Source: a virus (lineage: Duplodnaviria > Caudoviricetes). Taken from it: DNA of 64,000 nucleotides. The DNA lies in IMG/VR virus record IMGVR_UViG_3300017911_002159, positions 32,001 to 96,000 of that record. One strand, 5' to 3'. The notes beneath the pieces were generated by a model. It was given only the letters and a program-made list of their open reading frames with translations, was not told the DNA's origin and ran no database searches. The translations under genes were made by a program, and so were the position numbers. Below, piece after piece: positions 58,776 through 64,000 of this stretch. How positions within the stretch are numbered: the first letter of the stretch is position 1; the number at the start of each line of letters is the position of its first letter.

Positions 58776-58914
58776 TGACCCCTTGTGTTGTTTTTGGCGA
58801 TAGCGAAAACTTTGTATCAAATTTGATCTTCTCCTCCCATATAATGTAATTTGGTACGACTCCAAACTGTTTTCGTTATCACCTAAACCAACACTAGATA
58901 AAGGTTTAGAAAAA

Positions 58915-59196
58915 ATGACTGAGTTGAACGAATACGGTTACCCGCTGCATGACTTGTCTGTCAGCCTTGAAATGCAACGATGCATCAACAGATTGTTTGC
59001 TGCACTGAATGACGTGAATTCAGGGGATCGACTCGAATATGCTGTTGCACTGAAGCTTGACCGATATGGTGACGCACTTCGTGAAATTCGACGTGCTGAA
59101 GATAATGTAAAATACTTTCGGCAGATTGTTGAGGCCAAAATCAAAAACACTGAACAACTGCAACTTGACCGTGAACGTGAAAAAGTTGTTGACTAA
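58915..59196 (+). CDS. Hypothetical early protein
   Basis: ORF with AAGG RBS. Confidence 0.55.
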   Translation: MTELNEYGYPLHDLSVSLEMQRCINRLFAALNDVNSGDRLEYAVALKLDRYGDALREIRRAEDNVKYFRQIVEAKIKNTEQLQLDREREKVVD

Positions 59197-59217
59197 CGAA
59201 ATATGGTTTGGTAAGAT
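59189..59217 (+). promoter_or_regulatory. Early sigma70 promoter
   Basis: TTGACT-17-TAAGAT with an extended TG. Confidence 0.7.
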
Positions 59218-59240
59218 AAGTTATCAAATGAGGTGATGAA

Positions 59241-59423
59241 ATGACTGATCAAATCGACAACACTTCCCGACTCAAGCATATCGACGAATTGCTTGATCAC
59301 CTTGACGAACAAATTCTAAATCTGGACTTGCCCAAATACATGAAGCGCCGTCTTAGCGGTCAAGTCTATGCACTCTATAACAAGCTTGAACAAGCTGTTG
59401 ATGACTTCACTCCAATGCACTGA
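59241..59423 (+). CDS. Hypothetical early protein
   Basis: GAGGTG RBS. Confidence 0.6.
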   Translation: MTDQIDNTSRLKHIDELLDHLDEQILNLDLPKYMKRRLSGQVYALYNKLEQAVDDFTPMH

Positions 59424-59429
59424 GGTGAA

Positions 59430-59714
59430 ATGATGTACTCTTTACAAAAAGGTTCTGAAGGATACGTAGCCGCCTACGCTATCAATGTAAAACGTCTTAA
59501 GAATTCATGGCACGGCAATCCACAGTTTGAGATTGGTTTTGCATTCAAGAAAGATGCAACACTTTCAAAATTTACTGCAAAGACAGAAGCAAATTCAATG
59601 CTTGCTTACAAAATCTGTCCCCATTGGACTGAGGGCAAGCAATATGCCTTAACACTGACTAAGCCACGCAAAAACCTTTACATCAAAGAAATGACTGAGG
59701 TGCAAAATGTTTAA
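59430..59714 (+). CDS. Hypothetical early protein
   Basis: GAGGTG RBS; RL.NS..GNP.F motif. Confidence 0.6.
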   Translation: MMYSLQKGSEGYVAAYAINVKRLKNSWHGNPQFEIGFAFKKDATLSKFTAKTEANSMLAYKICPHWTEGKQYALTLTKPRKNLYIKEMTEVQNV

Positions 59715-60327
59715 CAAGCATCAACCCCATATCGGCAAATTTGCCGCTGAGTCACCCGAAAACACTGTCAGAGTGTTTCTCTTTGTAGTTGCCACTATCC
59801 AGCAACAATTCCACACTGTTGCTGCAATTGTCAAAGACGCTGAAGAATATGGTTTAGAATCAAAACACCTTTGGGGTCACAAGGCCAAGTCGATGGAGTA
59901 CGTAATCGAAAACAAACAATCTCTTTACGATGCAATCTTTGATCCAAATATGGATTTAGAAGATAAGCTTCTTTCGGTTGCAGAGGTTCCGGGTATCGGA
60001 CTTGTAAAGGCCGGGTTTGTTCTGCAACTCTGTATCGGTGAAGTCGGTTGTCTGGATGTTCACAATCTACGCCGCTTTGGTCTGGATGCTCAGACTTTCA
60101 AACTTGGTAAAGTCAAATATCTTACTGCAAGGAAAAAAGCAACACTCTATCTTGAAACATGTATTGACTGCGGTAATTGTGAAACACTGTGGAATGAATG
60201 GTGCCAACTTATTGCGGACAAGTATCCTAAACGCTGGAATGATGCAAATCACGTATCTGCAACTCATGCAGAAATTATCACTGGATCAATCCCGTTTATT
60301 ATGGGGGAAGTAATCTATGCAGCCTGA
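59707..60327 (+). CDS. HhH DNA glycosylase-like protein
   Basis: HhH motif VPGIGLVKA followed by CLDVH. Confidence 0.6.
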   Translation: MFNKHQPHIGKFAAESPENTVRVFLFVVATIQQQFHTVAAIVKDAEEYGLESKHLWGHKAKSMEYVIENKQSLYDAIFDPNMDLEDKLLSVAEVPGIGLVKAGFVLQLCIGEVGCLDVHNLRRFGLDAQTFKLGKVKYLTARKKATLYLETCIDCGNCETLWNEWCQLIADKYPKRWNDANHVSATHAEIITGSIPFIMGEVIYAA

Positions 60328-60541
60328 TATTGATAAACGACATGGCGGACCGTGGGACCGGGGCAAAGCTGACTCTTACTATAGCCGTTCACCAAAACCA
60401 CATTATTACAATGTAAATCGTGACGCTGAAAAGATTTACGAAAAAGTAGAAATGTCAGATATGTCAGACAATGAAATATCTGAATACTATGCAGGTTATG
60501 AATACAACGAAATGACTGGTGACCGAAAAGACTGGGGCTGA
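60317..60541 (+). CDS. Conserved phage hypothetical protein
   Basis: HGGPWDRG.ADSYY.R...PHYY...EY.AGY. Confidence 0.6.
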   Translation: MQPDIDKRHGGPWDRGKADSYYSRSPKPHYYNVNRDAEKIYEKVEMSDMSDNEISEYYAGYEYNEMTGDRKDWG

Positions 60542-60543
60542 AA

Positions 60544-60954
60544 ATGAATTATGAATATATGACTGATGATCAAATCGATGCACAAGTTGTTATGCTTCAT
60601 AAAATGACAGATGAGCACCGTGAACAAAAACACACACAAGCACAAATCCCGATGAGTGTAGTGCAAGACGTTGTAAGGATTGTAAAGGCTGACTTTCCAC
60701 AAGAACCTTATGACGATATGGAAGATAGACGCCTTGCAATGGCCTTGTGGGACTTTCAATGCATGAAATACGGTGACCATATCGGAGAAGGTGCTTACCG
60801 GGTTGTGTTGCCATACATCGAGAACAAACTGGATTCACTCGAAATTGCTAGAGAACATGAAGACTTGTTCGACAAAGACCGTCGATTGAAAGCATTCATT
60901 CAATCATATCATATTGCAATGTTTCTGCGTGCAATGGATTACTTGGTGGAGTAA
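60544..60954 (+). CDS. Hypothetical early protein
   Basis: ORF within the early operon. Confidence 0.55.
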   Translation: MNYEYMTDDQIDAQVVMLHKMTDEHREQKHTQAQIPMSVVQDVVRIVKADFPQEPYDDMEDRRLAMALWDFQCMKYGDHIGEGAYRVVLPYIENKLDSLEIAREHEDLFDKDRRLKAFIQSYHIAMFLRAMDYLVE

Positions 60955-60959
60955 AGAAA

Positions 60960-61355
60960 ATGGGTACTCGTTCTTTTATCGGAATTGAAAACGAAGACAA
61001 CTCAGTAAAATACGTTTACTGCCATTGGGATGGCTATCCTTCCCACAACGGCAAAATTCTAAATGAACACTATACTGACCGAAAGTCAGTCAATAAGCTT
61101 CTTGAAGGCGGCGATATGTCTGTACTAAAAGAAGATATTACTAATGTTGAATACTATAACCAAATGAGGGGACAGGATCCAGACAATGATGCCGCAATTG
61201 TGGATAACATGGAAGTTTTTCTGGAAGACATAAAAAATTCTTGGTGTGAATGGGTTTACATCCTGAATAAAGATAATAAGTGGATGGTCTCATCTGATTC
61301 AGACTGGTCAGACATGAAACCACTGAATGAAGTTTTGAGTGAAGATGACTCTTGA
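60960..61355 (+). CDS. Conserved phage hypothetical protein
   Basis: MGTRS.I...YCHWDGYP...G..L..HY motif. Confidence 0.65.
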   Translation: MGTRSFIGIENEDNSVKYVYCHWDGYPSHNGKILNEHYTDRKSVNKLLEGGDMSVLKEDITNVEYYNQMRGQDPDNDAAIVDNMEVFLEDIKNSWCEWVYILNKDNKWMVSSDSDWSDMKPLNEVLSEDDS

Positions 61356-61379
61356 CTTTTGGAATCGAAAGAATATAAT
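61352..61379 (+). promoter_or_regulatory. Early sigma70 promoter
   Basis: TTGACT-16-TATAAT. Confidence 0.65.
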
Positions 61380-61393
61380 TGACTGTGAAGGAA

Positions 61394-61618
61394 ATGAATA
61401 TGAATGAAAGTGAATATCCAATATCCTTTGGACAGAAGATGGATGCAGTCTTAGCAACCATGATTCTTGAAGGTTCCTATGATGAAGCTACTGAAGATGA
61501 TCACGTGACTTCTCTTCAATATCTTATTGATACTGGAGTTGTTTGGCATCTTCAGGGTTCTTATCAACGAATGGCGCAGCATGCCATTGAAAATGGCATT
61601 TGCTCTAAATCTAACTAA
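61394..61618 (+). CDS. Conserved hypothetical protein
   Basis: Q.LIDTG..W.LQG.Y.R.A...I..G.C. Confidence 0.6.
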   Translation: MNMNESEYPISFGQKMDAVLATMILEGSYDEATEDDHVTSLQYLIDTGVVWHLQGSYQRMAQHAIENGICSKSN

Positions 61619-61624
61619 AACACC

Positions 61625-61654
61625 TTGACTAAGACAAACATGTTGTGATATTGT
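61625..61654 (+). promoter_or_regulatory. Early sigma70 promoter
   Basis: TTGACT-18-TATTGT with an extended TG. Confidence 0.55.
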
Positions 61655-61692
61655 TTGTCTATTGAATAGCCAATCTACATCATGAAGGAAAT

Positions 61693-62685
61693 ATGAAAAT
61701 GGCTCACGAAATCGAAATCATCGACGGCAAAGCACAGATGGCATATGCTGGTGAAGTGCCTTGGCATGGTCTAGGTACTCAGGTATCACCTGATTCCTCA
61801 CCACAAGATATGCTGGAAGCAGCAGGTCTTAATTGGGATGTTGTCAAACAGCCCTTGTGGTACGGTAAAGGTAACAACCGTCAAGTTATCGACAACAAAG
61901 CAGCATTGGTGCGGGAAACCGATAATCAACTAATGTCTATTGTCGGTAACAACTGGCATCCTATCCAAAACTCAGAAGCTTTCGAGCTATTCACTGAGAT
62001 GTGTACTAACGGTGACATGGAAATGAATACCGCTGGCTCTCTCAAGAATGGTCAGATTGTTTGGGGTCTGGCTAAGGTCAAAAAGTCTTTTGCTCTTAAG
62101 ACCCAAAAAGGTGAAGATGTAGTAGATTCATATCTGCTGTTTTCTAATCCACATGAGTTTGGCAAGTCTGCAGACGTAAAGTTCAGCCCTATCCGGGTCG
62201 TCTGCAACAATACTCTGACTGCAGCCTTGTCAAATGGCAAGTCTTCTGTTAGGGTTACTCATCGGACTGCTTTTGACCCTGAACACGTCAAGAACCTGCT
62301 TGGGATCGCTGACATGAAGCTTGATACTTATCAAGAAGCTGCAGAGTTCCTTGTATCAAAGCGGTTCAAGCCTGACGATCTGGTCCAATACTTCAACCAA
62401 GTCTTTCCTGTATCAAATCAGGCTAAGGCTATGAAGGTAGCGGATTCAGTTATTGAGAGCCTTTCCTACACTGCAAGGAAAGCTGTCAACGTCATGGATG
62501 AGCAGCCCGGTGCCGAGCTAGGTGAAGGAACGTGGTGGCAAGCTTTCAATGCCGTTACCTTCCTTACCGACCATGAACTTGGCCGTTCTGCAGATGCTCG
62601 ACTGCAGTCTGCTTGGTACGGACCTAACAACGCTGTTAAGTCCAATGCTCTCAAGCTGGCGACCGAGTTTGCAAATGCCTCCTGA
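61693..62685 (+). CDS. DUF932 family protein
   Basis: PWHGLG; AGL.W.V; AGSL..G..VW; PIRVVC.NTL; GT.W.AFNAVT...DH. Confidence 0.85.
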   Translation: MKMAHEIEIIDGKAQMAYAGEVPWHGLGTQVSPDSSPQDMLEAAGLNWDVVKQPLWYGKGNNRQVIDNKAALVRETDNQLMSIVGNNWHPIQNSEAFELFTEMCTNGDMEMNTAGSLKNGQIVWGLAKVKKSFALKTQKGEDVVDSYLLFSNPHEFGKSADVKFSPIRVVCNNTLTAALSNGKSSVRVTHRTAFDPEHVKNLLGIADMKLDTYQEAAEFLVSKRFKPDDLVQYFNQVFPVSNQAKAMKVADSVIESLSYTARKAVNVMDEQPGAELGEGTWWQAFNAVTFLTDHELGRSADARLQSAWYGPNNAVKSNALKLATEFANAS

Positions 62686-62704
62686 GGTATTCCTCCCGAA
62701 ACTT

Positions 62705-62729
62705 GGGGTGCTTCGGCACCCCATTTTTT
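62705..62729 (+). terminator. Intrinsic terminator
   Basis: GGGGTGC-TTCG-GCACCCC then A and T6. Confidence 0.85.
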
Positions 62730-62745
62730 CCCTCTTAGAAATTGA

Positions 62746-62774
62746 TTGACAACTTAAGTTCCTTATGGTACTAT
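62746..62774 (+). promoter_or_regulatory. Early sigma70 promoter
   Basis: TTGACA-17-TACTAT with an extended TG. Confidence 0.75.
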
Positions 62775-62799
62775 ACCATATGTTGAAAGGTGTTATATT

Positions 62800-63069
62800 A
62801 TGATTATGCTTAACAAAGATGTTTACGACTACATCAAAAGTGCTGACAACGAAACTCTCAATGCAATCATTACACAAATCAATCGACGGCGTAGTGCTCT
62901 TCAAGAAGAGGCCACGGATAACTTTGTCGTAGGTCAGGCTGTAGAGTTCACTCGTAAAGATGGTGATATTGTTCGGGGTTCTATCCAGAAGATCAACCGT
63001 AAGACAATCCATGTAAAGACTGACTTTGTGACGTGGAAAGTATCGCCTAGCCTTCTTCGTGCAGCATGA
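62800..63069 (+). CDS. Small SH3/KOW-like protein
   Basis: F.VGQ.V.F....G.I.KINRK.I.V....W.VSPSLL. Confidence 0.6.
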   Translation: MIMLNKDVYDYIKSADNETLNAIITQINRRRSALQEEATDNFVVGQAVEFTRKDGDIVRGSIQKINRKTIHVKTDFVTWKVSPSLLRAA

Positions 63070-63296
63070 TGAAATCAATTAATCTTGATACATCATTTGA
63101 CGATGGTTTTTGTATCAAAGAAGAAATAGCTGTACTTGCCAGAATTTACATTCACGCAGCCTTAGACAAGGCTGATGGCAACAAGACAAAAGCTGCAAAG
63201 CTTTTGGGTCTTCCGTCATATCAAACACTGAACAACTGGATGGAAAAATACAATGTACTATGCCCAAATTCATATGAAGTCAGATCATCAAAGTAA
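63066..63296 (+). CDS. Stand-alone Fis-type HTH protein
   Basis: AL..ADGNKTKAAKLLGL.SYQTL.NW. Confidence 0.75.
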   Translation: MMKSINLDTSFDDGFCIKEEIAVLARIYIHAALDKADGNKTKAAKLLGLPSYQTLNNWMEKYNVLCPNSYEVRSSK

Positions 63297-63498
63297 GTAT
63301 TACCTAACCCCTATCTATAAGACGGTTAAGGAAACGATGAACTACTACTATAACAGACTTCGGCCAACTTTCTATGAAGATGTTTCTAAAATATATTTGT
63401 TCAAAATGAAACGTAGCCGTGGTCGGTACGGTCAGGTCATAGGTAAAGCACACAGTACACGGGATGCAGACTTTAAAATCTTGGAGAAATGGATGTGA
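63253..63498 (+). CDS. Hypothetical basic protein
   Basis: ORF within the early operon. Confidence 0.4.
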   Translation: MYYAQIHMKSDHQSKYYLTPIYKTVKETMNYYYNRLRPTFYEDVSKIYLFKMKRSRGRYGQVIGKAHSTRDADFKILEKWM

Positions 63499-63603
63499 AC
63501 TGTTCGTCATGTATGTGGTGCACAAAGCATGTGATCTTTGGCCTTCAATGTCAGAGATACCCAGCACCCGCCTCAACTACACTTGACTACTTTTGTGGTG
63601 AAT

Positions 63604-63798
63604 ATGTTGCTAGACAGAAAGTTAGATCAAATGAAAGTAAATCAAAAAATGCTCGACTTCAACGCTGAAGAAATTCGGCGTGTAGAAACAGCTATCAAAG
63701 AGACACCAGAGAACAGCAAATCAACTCTTGGGTATGCTATGCTTCAGGCACGTCTAAAGGCTTTGAAAGAAATTGAGGAAGAAGCTGATGTCACATAA
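63604..63798 (+). CDS. Hypothetical protein
   Basis: ATG 63604 after GGTG. Confidence 0.45.
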   Translation: MLLDRKLDQMKVNQKMLDFNAEEIRRVETAIKETPENSKSTLGYAMLQARLKALKEIEEEADVT

Positions 63799-63970
63799 AG
63801 GAAACGACGAGACTTTTTCTCAAGCTAAGTATTACATCGAAAAGTTACGTAGAGAAGTTGATCAATGGTACGGACCTAAGAATGATGCTTACAAAATGAA
63901 ACAGATTGACCTCGCAACCGCTGAAAAACTTTTACGGCAAGCTGAAAAAATGGAGAATAAATATGCTTAG
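63788..63970 (+). CDS. Hypothetical protein
   Basis: ATG 63788 after GAGG. Confidence 0.45.
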   Translation: MSHKGNDETFSQAKYYIEKLRREVDQWYGPKNDAYKMKQIDLATAEKLLRQAEKMENKYA

Positions 63971-64000
63971 GTATTATGTACGTTGGACAGCGCCAGACCT

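Noticed and set aside
58230-58865. Short ORFs 58230-58484 (+), 58238-58468 (-) and 58659-58865 (-)
   Set aside because: They have weak starts and no RBS, run across promoter elements, and the region is better explained by RNA structure.

Overview
This is a 64-kb segment of a large, AT-rich T4-superfamily myophage. It contains (i) the structural module: baseplate wedge, VrlC-like protein, fibre, gp13-gp23 and gp3; (ii) the replication/recombination module: uvsY, uvsW, 55, 47, 46, 45, 44, 62, regA, hsp20, 43, uvsX, 41 and thyX; (iii) a second fibre/adhesin cassette; (iv) a host-interaction islet; (v) a minus-strand late operon of small orphan proteins; (vi) a ~2-kb mostly non-coding divergence region; and (vii) the start of a sigma70-driven early region. 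Several elements are missing from the ORF track. A circularly permuted two-piece tmRNA gene (tag ANNYDKPSVALAA) points to an alphaproteobacterial host. A ~280-nt non-coding segment behind an early promoter folds by eye into a compact RNA with two 10-bp loop-mediated long-range pairings, followed by an anti-Shine-Dalgarno hairpin. A dispersed family of ~14 late proteins has capsid-targeting-like N-termini and [IL]xE protease sites, many with glycine zippers; these are candidate injected head cargo. The peptide deformylase homolog has all three catalytic motifs altered. There is also a phage-encoded outer-membrane beta-barrel, and operator/iteron-like repeats at the divergence point. All calls come from reading motifs and synteny; no database search or folding program was run.
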